This document shows positions 26,723 through 36,110 of a stretch of DNA of 64,000 nt, in pieces (the stretch's first letter is position 1; the number at the start of each line of letters is the position of its first letter). The notes beneath the pieces are model-generated. The model did not search any database. It was not told the DNA's origin and saw only the letters and a list, made by a program, of their open reading frames with translations. Made by a program: the position numbers and the translations under genes. Source of the DNA: Bacteroidales bacterium UBA5219 (GTDB lineage: Bacteria; Bacteroidota; Bacteroidia; Bacteroidales; ML635J-15); the NCBI GenBank assembly GCA_002412425.1, contig DHVB01000062.1:1815-65814 (forward strand), given 5' to 3'.

Positions 26723-26860
26723 CCTACGGGCAAGGCTTTCGAGGGTTTAAATACCGCAGGCTACGCCTACGGTTAATCACATGTTGTCCTACGGACAAAC
26801 CCTTGATAGTCTTATATTGTCCTTCGGACAATTAAATGAGTTAGCGTGTGGTTCAAAAAA
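26719..26860 (+). other. Hairpin-rich GC-elevated block (candidate structured RNA or REP/MITE-like insertion)
   Basis: Hairpins: TTGCCC-TAC-GGGCAA (26719-26733), CCGCAGGC-TAC-GCCTACGG (26754-26772, one mismatch), TTGTCC-TAC-GGACAA (26784-26798) and TTGTCC-TTC-GGACAA (26817-26831). A long-range pair AGGGTTT (26743-26749) / AAACCCT (26798-26804) encloses the two middle hairpins. Confidence 0.5.
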
Positions 26861-27243
26861 AACGAAAAACAGGCGATACTATTATGTAAAATATCTAATG
26901 AATTATCAAGCTCAAACAAATTTTTATTCATCTTTCTAAAACTTATACAATTAATTAATGGTTTTTTTCTTTAACAATTATATTTGTCTTAAACCTTATT
27001 TTGACACATAACTCAACTTATTAAATAAGATAGACAAAAATTGTTAATAAAAATATTTCACAAAATTTGCTCAAAACAATTAATTTTTGCTTGCTTATCG
27101 ACAAATAAAAAAGTTTAAACTTTAGAAAAAAAGTTTTTTTACAAAACCAATTTTTCTACACATATTGCTATTAGAGGCAAACGGAGTTGTTGTAGATTTA
27201 TTTTTTATTTATTAAAAAATTCTTGTTTAAATAAAAAAAATAC

Positions 27244-27257
27244 TATTTTTGCAGTCC
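27244..27257 (+). promoter_or_regulatory. -7 promoter box plus shared extension TATTTTTGCAGTCC upstream of rplM
   Basis: TAnnTTTG match 64 nt upstream of the rplM GTG. The same 14-mer lies upstream of rpsU, and a 12/14 variant lies upstream of the tRNA-tuf cluster. Confidence 0.5.
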
Positions 27258-27315
27258 GTTTGGTCATCCAGCCTAATGTAAAAAATAATTTATTATTATT
27301 TAAAATTTTAAAATT

Positions 27316-27771
27316 GTGAAAACATTGAAGTACAGAACATTATCAGCTAACAAAGAAACTGTAAATAAACAGTGGTTTGTTGTTGATGCAGATGGTGAAA
27401 TTTTAGGGCGTTTAGCGTCTAAAGTGGCTTTCGTTCTTCGTGGCAAACATAAAACAGATTTTACTCCTCATGTTGATTGTGGAGATAATGTTATTGTTAT
27501 TAATGCTGAGAAAATTGCAGTTACTGGCAACAAGTTAGTTGACAAAACTTATATTAGACATTCTGGTTATCCAGGTGGTCAAAAGCAAACCACATTAGAA
27601 GAAATGATGGAAAAACAGCCAGGCAGAGCAGTTGAAAAAGCAATAAAAGGAATGTTGCCTAAAAACGCTTTAGGTCGCCAATTATTTAGAAATTTATATG
27701 TTTATGTTGGTCCTGAGCACAAACACGAAGCTCAAAAGCCAACTAAATTGGATTTAAATACAATTAAATAG
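27316..27771 (+). CDS. rplM: 50S ribosomal protein L13
   Basis: GTG start. [18 protein letters not shown]...GYPGG is typical L13. Confidence 0.95.
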   Translation: MKTLKYRTLSANKETVNKQWFVVDADGEILGRLASKVAFVLRGKHKTDFTPHVDCGDNVIVINAEKIAVTGNKLVDKTYIRHSGYPGGQKQTTLEEMMEKQPGRAVEKAIKGMLPKNALGRQLFRNLYVYVGPEHKHEAQKPTKLDLNTIK

Positions 27772-27775
27772 TATT

Positions 27776-28162
27776 ATGGAAGTTTTAAATGCAATAGGAC
27801 GTAGAAAAGCCGCTATAGCAAGAGTATATCTAAGAAGCGGAAAAGGAAATATTACAATTAACAACAGAAAACTTGAGGATTATTTCACGCTAACTCAACA
27901 TCAATATATCGTAAAACAACCTTTTGCAACATTAGGTAAATTAGAAGAATTTGATGTTAAAGCGAATTTAGAAGGTGGTGGAATTAAAGGACAAGCCGAA
28001 GCTTTGCGTTTAGGCATAGCAAGAGCACTGCTTAAAGTAGATCCTGAATTCCGTGCTAGCTTAAAAGCTCAAGGTTTTCTTACTAGAGATCCAAGAATTG
28101 TTGAAAGGAAAAAACCTGGACAACCTGGTGCTCGTAAGAAATTTCAATTTAGTAAACGTTAA
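27776..28162 (+). CDS. rpsI: 30S ribosomal protein S9
   Basis: GRRKAAIARVYL...C-terminal KKFQFSKR is typical S9. Confidence 0.95.
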   Translation: MEVLNAIGRRKAAIARVYLRSGKGNITINNRKLEDYFTLTQHQYIVKQPFATLGKLEEFDVKANLEGGGIKGQAEALRLGIARALLKVDPEFRASLKAQGFLTRDPRIVERKKPGQPGARKKFQFSKR

Positions 28163-28276
28163 TATTTTTAGTGAGTGTAAACAAAGTTTAGTATCTAAAT
28201 TATGGGGACAGTTTTTGTTGTTCAAGATTCTACCTCATAATTGTTACTACAGAATGTAAACTTAAATTTAAAAAAA

Positions 28277-29170
28277 ATGCCAAAAGTAACATTTGAAGAA
28301 TTACTTGACGCTGGTGTACATTTCGGACACCTAAAGCGTAAATGGAATCCTGCTATGGCTCCTTATATTTTTATGGAGCGTAACGGTATTCACATTATCG
28401 ACCTACACAAAACTGCAGTGAAAATTGAAGAAGCTGCTAATGCAATGAAAAACATTGCTAAATCTGGTCGTAAAATTTTATTTGTAGCAACAAAAAAACA
28501 AGCAAAAGACATTGTTGCTGAAGAAGTTAAAAAAATAGACATGCCTTACGTTACCGAACGTTGGCCCGGTGGTATGCTAACAAACTTCCCAACTATTCGT
28601 AAAGCTGTGAAAAAAATGTCTTCTATTGACAAAATGCACACTGACGGAACATTTAACACCTTGTCAAAACGTGAAAAACTCCAAATTACTCGTCAAAGAG
28701 CAAAATTGGAAAAAAACTTAGGTTCAATCGCTGATTTGTCAAGACTTCCTGCTGCACTTTTTGTTGTTGACATGATGAAAGAAAAAATAGCTATTAACGA
28801 GGCTGCAAAATTAAACATCCCTGTTTTTGCTATGGTTGACACTAATAGCGATCCTAGAGTGGTTGATTTTCCTATTCCAGCAAACGACGATGCATCAAAA
28901 TCAATACAGCTTATCGTAAGAATCATGACTGAAGCAATTCAAGAAGGTTTAAACGAAAGAATGGTTGAAAAAGAAAATACTGCAAAACCTATTAAGGATA
29001 GCGATGATGAAGAAGAAGTTGTTGCTAAAAAAAGACCTGCTCGCAAAACTAGAGCAAGAAAAGAAAGCATAAAGCCTAAAGCAGAAGAAAAAGAAGAAAC
29101 CGAAAGTAAAGAAGAGACAACTAAAAAAAGTGAAAGCATAGACGCTGAAGCTAAAGAAGAAAATAACTAA
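28277..29170 (+). CDS. rpsB: 30S ribosomal protein S2 (with lysine/glutamate-rich C-terminal tail)
   Basis: The start is placed at the ATG 28277 (MPKVTFEELLDAGVHFGH), not the TTG at 28241. Confidence 0.93.
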   Translation: MPKVTFEELLDAGVHFGHLKRKWNPAMAPYIFMERNGIHIIDLHKTAVKIEEAANAMKNIAKSGRKILFVATKKQAKDIVAEEVKKIDMPYVTERWPGGMLTNFPTIRKAVKKMSSIDKMHTDGTFNTLSKREKLQITRQRAKLEKNLGSIADLSRLPAALFVVDMMKEKIAINEAAKLNIPVFAMVDTNSDPRVVDFPIPANDDASKSIQLIVRIMTEAIQEGLNERMVEKENTAKPIKDSDDEEEVVAKKRPARKTRARKESIKPKAEEKEETESKEETTKKSESIDAEAKEENN

Positions 29171-29187
29171 TTTTAAAATTTGATAAA

Positions 29188-30015
29188 ATGGCAAATATAA
29201 CAGCTGCTGATGTAAGCAAATTAAGACAAATGACTGGTGCAGGCATGATGGACTGCAAAAAAGCCTTAGTTGAAGCTAATGGTGATTTTGAAAGAGCAAA
29301 AGAACTAATTCGCGAAAGAGGATTAGCTATTGCTAACAAAAGAGCCGACAGAGAAGCTTCTGAAGGTGTTGTACTAACAAAACTTACTAAAAACAATACT
29401 GTAGGAGTAATGGTTGCACTTAGTTGTGAAACCGATTTTGTTGCAAAAAACGTAGATTTTATTGCTATGGCTAAAACAATTTTAGATTTTGCAGCAGACA
29501 ATTTATTCGAAAATATAGACCAACTTAAAGAAGCAAAAATCAACAACCAAAGTGTTGCTGATATGATTACTGAAAGAAGTGGTGTTACTGGCGAAAAAAT
29601 GGAGTTGGCTTATTACGAAAAAATTGAAGCTCCTCTTGTTTGTGCATACGAACATATGGGAAATAAATTAGCAACTTTAGTAGGATTAAACAAAGCTGTT
29701 GACAAACAAATAGGCGTTAACATTGCTATGCAAATTGCAGCAATGAACCCAGTTGCTATTGATAAAGATTCTGTATGCCAAAAAGTTATTGATAAAGAAT
29801 TAGAAGTTGGACGCGAACAAGCTCGCAACGAAGGTAAAGCAGAAGAACTTCTTGACAAAATTGCTCAAGGTAAACTTCAAAAATTCTTTAAAGAAAATAC
29901 TTTGCTAAATCAAGAATATGTTCAAGAATCAAAAACATCAGTAAGAGAATATCTACAAAAACAAGATAAAGACCTTACAGTAACTGTTTTTAAAAGATTT
30001 GGATTGGCAAATTAA
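29188..30015 (+). CDS. tsf: Translation elongation factor Ts
   Basis: ITAADVSKLRQMTGAGMMDCKKAL is the canonical EF-Ts N-terminus. Follows rpsB. Confidence 0.95.
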   Translation: MANITAADVSKLRQMTGAGMMDCKKALVEANGDFERAKELIRERGLAIANKRADREASEGVVLTKLTKNNTVGVMVALSCETDFVAKNVDFIAMAKTILDFAADNLFENIDQLKEAKINNQSVADMITERSGVTGEKMELAYYEKIEAPLVCAYEHMGNKLATLVGLNKAVDKQIGVNIAMQIAAMNPVAIDKDSVCQKVIDKELEVGREQARNEGKAEELLDKIAQGKLQKFFKENTLLNQEYVQESKTSVREYLQKQDKDLTVTVFKRFGLAN

Positions 30016-30044
30016 AAATTAATATTTTGTTTAATGTTAAAAAA

Positions 30045-30076
30045 AGTCTCGGCATTTTGTTCGAGACTTTTTTTAT
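30045..30076 (+). terminator. Rho-independent terminator after tsf
   Basis: Stem AGTCTCG (30045-30051) / CGAGACT (30062-30068), followed by a T-run 30069-30076. Confidence 0.8.
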
Positions 30077-30106
30077 TTAATAATTTATTAGCTTCAATAT
30101 GTTTAT

Positions 30107-30114
30107 TATTTTTG
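30107..30114 (+). promoter_or_regulatory. -7 promoter box TATTTTTG upstream of miaB
   Basis: TAnnTTTG match 18 nt upstream of the ATG at 30133. Confidence 0.45.
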
Positions 30115-30132
30115 CAAGCATTATTAAACCTT

Positions 30133-31461
30133 ATGAATAAGAAAATTTATATAGAAACCTATGGCTGTCAAATGAATGCTGCAGACTCAGAGACTGTTGC
30201 AGGAATTATGATAGCAAAAAATTATTTTGGAGTCAACAAAATTAATGATGCCGACCTCATCATAATAAACACTTGCTCGGTAAGAGATAATGCAGAACAA
30301 AAAATTTGGAACAGATTAGACCACATAAAAGCCTTAAAAAAGAAAAACAAAAATCTTAAAGTTGGCATTATTGGCTGCATGGCACAGAGAATTGGCGAAA
30401 AACTTCTCGAACATGACGCTGTTGATTTTGTTGCTGGACCTGATGCTTACAGATCCTTACCAGAATTAATTGATGACAATAATGATTGTTTAAAACAAAA
30501 AAATCTAATTCTCGATATTAACGAAACTTATTCTGGAGTTGAACAAATAAAACAAAACCAAGACGAAATTTCTGGATTTGTTCCTATTACTAGAGGTTGT
30601 AATAATTTTTGCTCATATTGCATTGTGCCTTATACGCGTGGCAGAGAAAGAAGCAGTTCTTATATTGATATAATTAACGAAGTTAAAAATCTTGAAAGCA
30701 AAAATTTTAAAGAAGTAACATTATTGGGACAAAATGTAAATTCTTATTATTTTGAAGATGAAAACCATAAAGTAAATTTCCCAAAATTAATGGAAATGGT
30801 TGCCAAAGCTGCTCCAAATATGAGAATTAGATTTACAACTTCTCACCCAAAAGATTTATCAGACGACCTGATTGAAGTAATGGCAAAATATAAAAATATT
30901 TGCAAGCACATTCATTTGCCTGTGCAATCTGGAAGTAGTAAAATTTTGGAAAGAATGAATAGAAAATACACAAGAGAATGGTATTTAAATCGTATTGAAG
31001 CAATAAAATCAAAAATGCCAGATTGTGGTTTGTCTTCTGATATTTTCTGTGGTTTTTCGAGTGAAAGTGAAGAAGATTTTCAAGAAACTTTAAGTTTAAT
31101 GCAAATTGTGGGTTATGATTTAGCTTTTATGTTTAAATATTCTGAAAGACCTGGGACATTTGCTGCTAATCATTTAGATGATAACATTCCAGAAGAAGTG
31201 AAAAAAGAAAGATTAGCAAGAATGATAAAACTGCAAAATGAAATTTCTTTAAAGAAAAACAAAGCAGATATAGGCAAAACCTTTGAAGTTTTAGTTGAAG
31301 GAAAATCTAAAAGATCAGAAAAAATGTTGTTTGGTAGAACCGAACAAAATAAAGTTGTTGTCTTTAATGCTGGCAGTGCAAAACGTGGCGATTATGTAAA
31401 TGTAAAAATTTTAAGTGCCAGTTCTGCAACTTTAAAAGGAGAGATTGTTAATAAAATTTAA
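30133..31461 (+). CDS. miaB: tRNA (N6-isopentenyl-A37) methylthiotransferase
   Basis: The start is placed at MNKKIYIETYGCQMN (the listed 30034 start would run through the tsf terminator). Radical-SAM motif CNNFCSYC and a TRAM-like C-terminus. Confidence 0.92.
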   Translation: MNKKIYIETYGCQMNAADSETVAGIMIAKNYFGVNKINDADLIIINTCSVRDNAEQKIWNRLDHIKALKKKNKNLKVGIIGCMAQRIGEKLLEHDAVDFVAGPDAYRSLPELIDDNNDCLKQKNLILDINETYSGVEQIKQNQDEISGFVPITRGCNNFCSYCIVPYTRGRERSSSYIDIINEVKNLESKNFKEVTLLGQNVNSYYFEDENHKVNFPKLMEMVAKAAPNMRIRFTTSHPKDLSDDLIEVMAKYKNICKHIHLPVQSGSSKILERMNRKYTREWYLNRIEAIKSKMPDCGLSSDIFCGFSSESEEDFQETLSLMQIVGYDLAFMFKYSERPGTFAANHLDDNIPEEVKKERLARMIKLQNEISLKKNKADIGKTFEVLVEGKSKRSEKMLFGRTEQNKVVVFNAGSAKRGDYVNVKILSASSATLKGEIVNKI

Positions 31462-31765
31462 TAAATTAATCTGCGTTTTTACCTTAAAAACCTCCTTTAT
31501 CTTAAAAAAAAGCATATCTTTACAATAATTAAATTTTAAATATTTTTTACAATATAGTTTGGTATTAATGTGTGATTATAAAACTTAACTAATTTGTAAT
31601 ATAGATTAAAGGCTTATGTGAAAATTTTAGCATATTTTTGCCTTGAAATGTAAATTATATTAATGAATGAAATTTTTAAATGAGATTTACCAAATTTGTG
31701 TGAAAATTGAATTTTAAAATTGTTTGAAGTAAGAAAAATAAATTAGTAATAAAAAAATTACTCTT

Positions 31766-34450
31766 ATGAAAAAGATATTTACAATAATATTAAGCGTTGT
31801 TATAGGATTAAACTTGAGCGTAAAAGTATGGGGACAAGTAAATATTTCGGAAGGAAATACGATTACACAAGATTTTAACATAATGGGAACAAGTGATACA
31901 GCAACTTTACCTGCTGGATGGAAAGTTGATAAAAACGATAATAATGTTAGAAAAGTTGGAAGTTACTCTAATGCAATTGGTAATACAGAAATAATAGCCG
32001 GCAATAACATGCAAAATAATGCTCAAAATGGCATTTACAATTTTGCAGCTGGCAATCCGACTTCAGCGACAGATCGTGCTGTTGGTGGGATATCCTCTGG
32101 TAGCGGTTCTAAATCCGTAAACGTTTATGTACAACTTAAAAACATGGGATCAACCGACATCAACTCTTTTACAATATCTTACGATGTAGAAAAATATAGA
32201 AAAGGATCAAATAGTGCAGGTTTTACAATTCAAATGTATTATTCCACAAATGACACTACTTGGACTCCTGCAGGAACTGATTTTTCAACTAGCTTTAGTA
32301 AAGATAGTGACAATAATGGATATAATCCTGCACCTGGTGAAACAAAAAGTGTCAGCTCTAAAACTCTAAACCAAGCCTTAGCAGTTGGGAGTTCAATTTA
32401 TCTTGCATGGAATTATTCTGTTACTTCTGGCTCCACAACTTCAAATGCTCAAGCACTTGGCATAGACAATGTTAGTATATCCGCAAATGGCACTCCCACT
32501 CCCACAATTGTCGTTTCGCCCGCTACACTTACAGATTTCACTTATGACCTCGGACAAGGTCCTAGTGCCACACAAACATTTTCTATTTCCGGCTCTAATT
32601 TAACATCAAATATTAGCTTAGCTGCTCCAACAAATTACGAAATTTCAACAAGTTCAGGCACAGGTTTTACAAATTCACTAACATTAAACCAAAGCGGTGG
32701 AACAGTCTCAAATACAACAATTTACGTAAGATTAAAAGCCGGCTTAAGTATAGGAGTTTATAATAACGAAAATATTACAGCAAGCTCAACCGGAGCAACT
32801 AGTAAAACTGTTTCTTGCAGTGGTGAGGTAAGTTTAGCCCCTGTTTCAAATTTAAGTGTAATATGTTCATCAAATACAACAGCCCAAATTGTTTGGTCAG
32901 AACCCGAAAGCGACTATGACGGAGTAGTTATTGCTTTTAGACAATCAACAAATGTTCCACATAGTTTAAGCGCCGACCCAACTACAATTACAGCAAGTGC
33001 AAATTTTGGAACCACCGATACTCAATTTGGTGGTTCAACTCCATTTTCTTACGTAGTGTATAAAGGCACAGGAAATTCTGTTGAAGTAACAGGTTTAACA
33101 GCCGGGCAAACATATAAAGTAAAAGCTTATGTTTATAAAGGCACAACTTGGATTCCCGATAATAAATGTCCTACATTAACAATTTCTAATCTTGGCTTGT
33201 CTAATGTAAGTGCTTTTCAAAATACTGATGGAGATTCAAATTCGCAACTTTCATGGGTTTTGCCTTCTGTTGCTTGCTTTGACGAAGTATTAATTCTAGC
33301 AAGACAAACTTCAAATATCAGCTTTACACCCTCAGGCGATGGCTCAGAATATACTGCTAATTCAGCTTTTGGCTTCGGAACAGACTTAGGCTCTAACCAA
33401 TATGTGGTTTACAAAGGAACAAGTACTAGTATGACAATAAGTGATTTGACAAATAATCAAAAATATTATGCAAAAATCTTTGTACGTAAAGGAAACGAAT
33501 GGTCTAGCGGTATAGAATTAGAGCTTAATCCTAAAATTTCTTCAGTTCTCGAACATGGCGATTTAGCTATTCTTGCCGTAAACACTACTAGCGATTTCGG
33601 AGACGAGTTTTCTTTTGTTTGCTTTAAAGATATTGCTCCGGGTACGGCAATTGATTTTACCGACAATGGTTACGAAAGAGTTAGTGCTGGCAAATGGGGC
33701 GACACAGAAGGAACTATTAGGCTAACGCGAAAAAACTCAAATTTGTCCGCAGGAAAAGTTATTAGTTTAGAAATAAAACAATCCGGCTCAAGTTTGGGTT
33801 GGGGAACACAAGCAAATATTTATATTGACGGAAATTTAGACAACACAAATTGGAGTTTAGAAAGTCTTAATGGTTCAAGTCAGTTTGATTTAAATAAAGA
33901 AGACCAGCTTTGGATAATGCAAAATGGCAACTGGGTAAATCCTTCCGATTCGCATGATGCAGTTTACACAGGCAATGTTTTGTATGGGTGGACAGCCACA
34001 GGTTGGAAAAGCTCACCAAATTACGCAGATACCAAAGGCTCAACAATTTACCCGGGTTGCGAATGTGCAAACACAAATTTATATGGTATAGAAAGCTCTA
34101 AAAAAGATAAAGTAAAATATACCGGAATAACAACTCAAGCGGATAAATTTGAATGGATAGCCAGAATAAATAATCCGGCAAATTGGACAGGATTCTCCTC
34201 AAACGCGGATTACAATGCTGCAAGTCCTAAATTCAAATCCGATGGGCTTAGTTTAGACATTATTCCTATACAAGGTTATGAGGCAAAATGGAGGGGCTAT
34301 AAATCAGCTGGCTGGTGCGATTGCTCAAATTGGTATAATTTAAAAGTGCCTGACGAAAATACTGATGTTGAAATTTCCGGTCATATTGAAGGATGTTTTT
34401 ATTTAAGACTTAGTGCTAATCCTGATTCTTTGGCAGTTTGTAAAGTGTAA
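31766..34450 (+). CDS. Large secreted surface protein, N-terminal fragment (gene split by a 7-bp duplication)
   Basis: Signal peptide MKKIFTIILSVVIGLNLSVKVWGQ. Ser/Thr/Asn-rich repetitive beta-type sequence. Ends at a stop created inside TGTAAAG-TGTAAAG (34439-34452). Confidence 0.8.
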   Translation: MKKIFTIILSVVIGLNLSVKVWGQVNISEGNTITQDFNIMGTSDTATLPAGWKVDKNDNNVRKVGSYSNAIGNTEIIAGNNMQNNAQNGIYNFAAGNPTSATDRAVGGISSGSGSKSVNVYVQLKNMGSTDINSFTISYDVEKYRKGSNSAGFTIQMYYSTNDTTWTPAGTDFSTSFSKDSDNNGYNPAPGETKSVSSKTLNQALAVGSSIYLAWNYSVTSGSTTSNAQALGIDNVSISANGTPTPTIVVSPATLTDFTYDLGQGPSATQTFSISGSNLTSNISLAAPTNYEISTSSGTGFTNSLTLNQSGGTVSNTTIYVRLKAGLSIGVYNNENITASSTGATSKTVSCSGEVSLAPVSNLSVICSSNTTAQIVWSEPESDYDGVVIAFRQSTNVPHSLSADPTTITASANFGTTDTQFGGSTPFSYVVYKGTGNSVEVTGLTAGQTYKVKAYVYKGTTWIPDNKCPTLTISNLGLSNVSAFQNTDGDSNSQLSWVLPSVACFDEVLILARQTSNISFTPSGDGSEYTANSAFGFGTDLGSNQYVVYKGTSTSMTISDLTNNQKYYAKIFVRKGNEWSSGIELELNPKISSVLEHGDLAILAVNTTSDFGDEFSFVCFKDIAPGTAIDFTDNGYERVSAGKWGDTEGTIRLTRKNSNLSAGKVISLEIKQSGSSLGWGTQANIYIDGNLDNTNWSLESLNGSSQFDLNKEDQLWIMQNGNWVNPSDSHDAVYTGNVLYGWTATGWKSSPNYADTKGSTIYPGCECANTNLYGIESSKKDKVKYTGITTQADKFEWIARINNPANWTGFSSNADYNAASPKFKSDGLSLDIIPIQGYEAKWRGYKSAGWCDCSNWYNLKVPDENTDVEISGHIEGCFYLRLSANPDSLAVCKV

Positions 34451-35831
34451 AGATTTAATAGTAAAAGGCGATGTATATAATGCTGCAAATGCTTCTTTAA
34501 AAGTAAAGGGCAACTTTACTTTAGACGGTGGAAGCGTGAACTTTAATACTAATGCAATCAATTTTGAAATTGGTGGAGATATGAGTATTGATAATGTGAA
34601 TAGCTTTAAAACTTCACAAGCAAATACAAAACTAAATGGAACCTCAATTCAAAATATCAACGGAATTAGCGAAGTTGTTTTCGGAACATTAACTATTGAT
34701 AAACCTTCAGCTCATGTCGTTCTTGCTAAAAATATTAAAGTAAGCAATATAAATTTCATCAAAGGAAAAATTAACACTGGAACTAATCGTGTTTTTATTG
34801 ACAATACTGCAACAAATGCAATTGGAAGCATATCGCCTTTATCGTATATAAACGGAAATTTAAGACGAGCTGTTGCTTCAACTGGTTCTTACACATTACC
34901 TGTAGGAAACGATTCAAATTTTGAATTAGCAACAGTAGAATTAAATTCAAGTTTAGGATTAACTCACCTTGATGCGAGATTTGACAGTCATGTAACAAGT
35001 ACAGATATTTCGTCATTAAATCTTTTTGTTGATGGAACTATTTTACAATCTCTTTTAGATGCTGGTTATTGGACAATTGCCCCAAATTCAGGATTAAGTT
35101 CAATTAATTATGATATAAGTTTAGATATGCGTGGAGCAACAAATGCTGGAGCTCAAGCTGGACAACATACTGTTATTAAACGCGACAACTCGTCAAGCAA
35201 TTGGTATTTGCAAGGAAATCACACAAATGCAACTCAGTCAATTTCTGGTGGTTCAGTACATGCTGTAAGAACTGGATTAACTTCCTTCTCAGAATTTTCA
35301 ATTGCAAAACATAATTTGTTTATTTTACCTGTTGAATTAATTAGTTTTGAAGCTAATTGCAATACAGATTTTGTTGAATTAAATTGGATTACTGTAAGCG
35401 AAACCAATAATGATTATTTTATTGTTCAAAGAAGCCAAGACGCAACAAATTGGAAAAATCTAAGCAAAATTCAAGGAGCTGGATTTTCATCATCAGAAAA
35501 AGAATATGAGTATATTGATAATACTCAAGTTTCTGGAAACATGTATTATCGCTTAGTACAAGTTGATTTTGACGGAACAAAAACTATTTCAAATATTGTA
35601 AATGTAAATTGCATAAATAAATTTGAAATTCCTAATATTTCAATTTATCCAAATCCAGCTAATGATATTCTAAACTTTAGTCAAGCACAAACTTACGAAA
35701 TTCTTGATATTCAAGGAAGAGTGCTAATGCAAAGCAAAACAAAACAAAACTCTGTGAATATAAGCGAGTTAAAAGAAGGAATGTACTTTATAAAATTTGA
35801 AAACGAACTTTTAAAATTTATAAAATATTAA
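34413..35831 (+). CDS. Large secreted surface protein, C-terminal fragment with T9SS sorting domain
   Basis: Meaningful sequence starts at about 34446 (CKDLIVKGD...). The C-terminus ISIYPNPANDILNF...EGMYFIKFENE is a T9SS CTD. There is no signal peptide of its own. Confidence 0.8.
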   Translation: MLILILWQFVKCKDLIVKGDVYNAANASLKVKGNFTLDGGSVNFNTNAINFEIGGDMSIDNVNSFKTSQANTKLNGTSIQNINGISEVVFGTLTIDKPSAHVVLAKNIKVSNINFIKGKINTGTNRVFIDNTATNAIGSISPLSYINGNLRRAVASTGSYTLPVGNDSNFELATVELNSSLGLTHLDARFDSHVTSTDISSLNLFVDGTILQSLLDAGYWTIAPNSGLSSINYDISLDMRGATNAGAQAGQHTVIKRDNSSSNWYLQGNHTNATQSISGGSVHAVRTGLTSFSEFSIAKHNLFILPVELISFEANCNTDFVELNWITVSETNNDYFIVQRSQDATNWKNLSKIQGAGFSSSEKEYEYIDNTQVSGNMYYRLVQVDFDGTKTISNIVNVNCINKFEIPNISIYPNPANDILNFSQAQTYEILDIQGRVLMQSKTKQNSVNISELKEGMYFIKFENELLKFIKY

Positions 35832-35860
35832 TGTTTATTTGCTTACTTCATTTAATAAAA

Positions 35861-35886
35861 AACCTGTAACCCTACAGGTTTTTTTA
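35861..35886 (+). terminator. Rho-independent terminator
   Basis: Stem AACCTGTA (35861-35868) / TACAGGTT (35873-35880), followed by TTTTT. Confidence 0.8.
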
Positions 35887-35890
35887 TAAG

Positions 35891-35959
35891 TTTACTTTGT
35901 GTTTTTGGGGTGTTTTACTTTGTGTTTTTGGGGCATTTTACTTTGTGTTTTTGGGATTG
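35891..35959. repeat. 23-bp tandem repeat x3 (TTTACTTTGTGTTTTTGGGGTGT)
   Basis: Units are 35891-35913, 35914-35936 and 35937-35959. They differ only in the last 3-4 nt. Confidence 0.85.
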
Positions 35960-36052
35960 TTTTAAATTAAAAACCTCATTAGTTTAAAATTTTCAAAATA
36001 TAAACTTTAAACTTGGTGGACTAGTTTGCATCTTTTTGAAATTTCTCTAAAC

Positions 36053-36080
36053 AAAAAAAGCGACAAATAAGTCGCTTTTT
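36053..36080 (-). terminator. Bidirectional-type terminator hairpin
   Basis: Stem AGCGAC (36059-36064) / GTCGCT (36071-36076), flanked by an A-run and a T-run. Lies downstream of the minus-strand gene 36111..36722. Confidence 0.65.
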
Positions 36081-36110
36081 AATTTTAGTTTTTTAGTTTT
36101 ACTTAATATA

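Noticed and set aside
27177-27262. 8-bp inverted repeat CAAACGGA / TCCGTTTG spanning the rplM promoter, considered as a possible L13 leader structure
   Set aside because: A single 8-bp complement separated by about 70 nt within an 840-nt gap is near chance expectation. There is no additional helix or conservation evidence.
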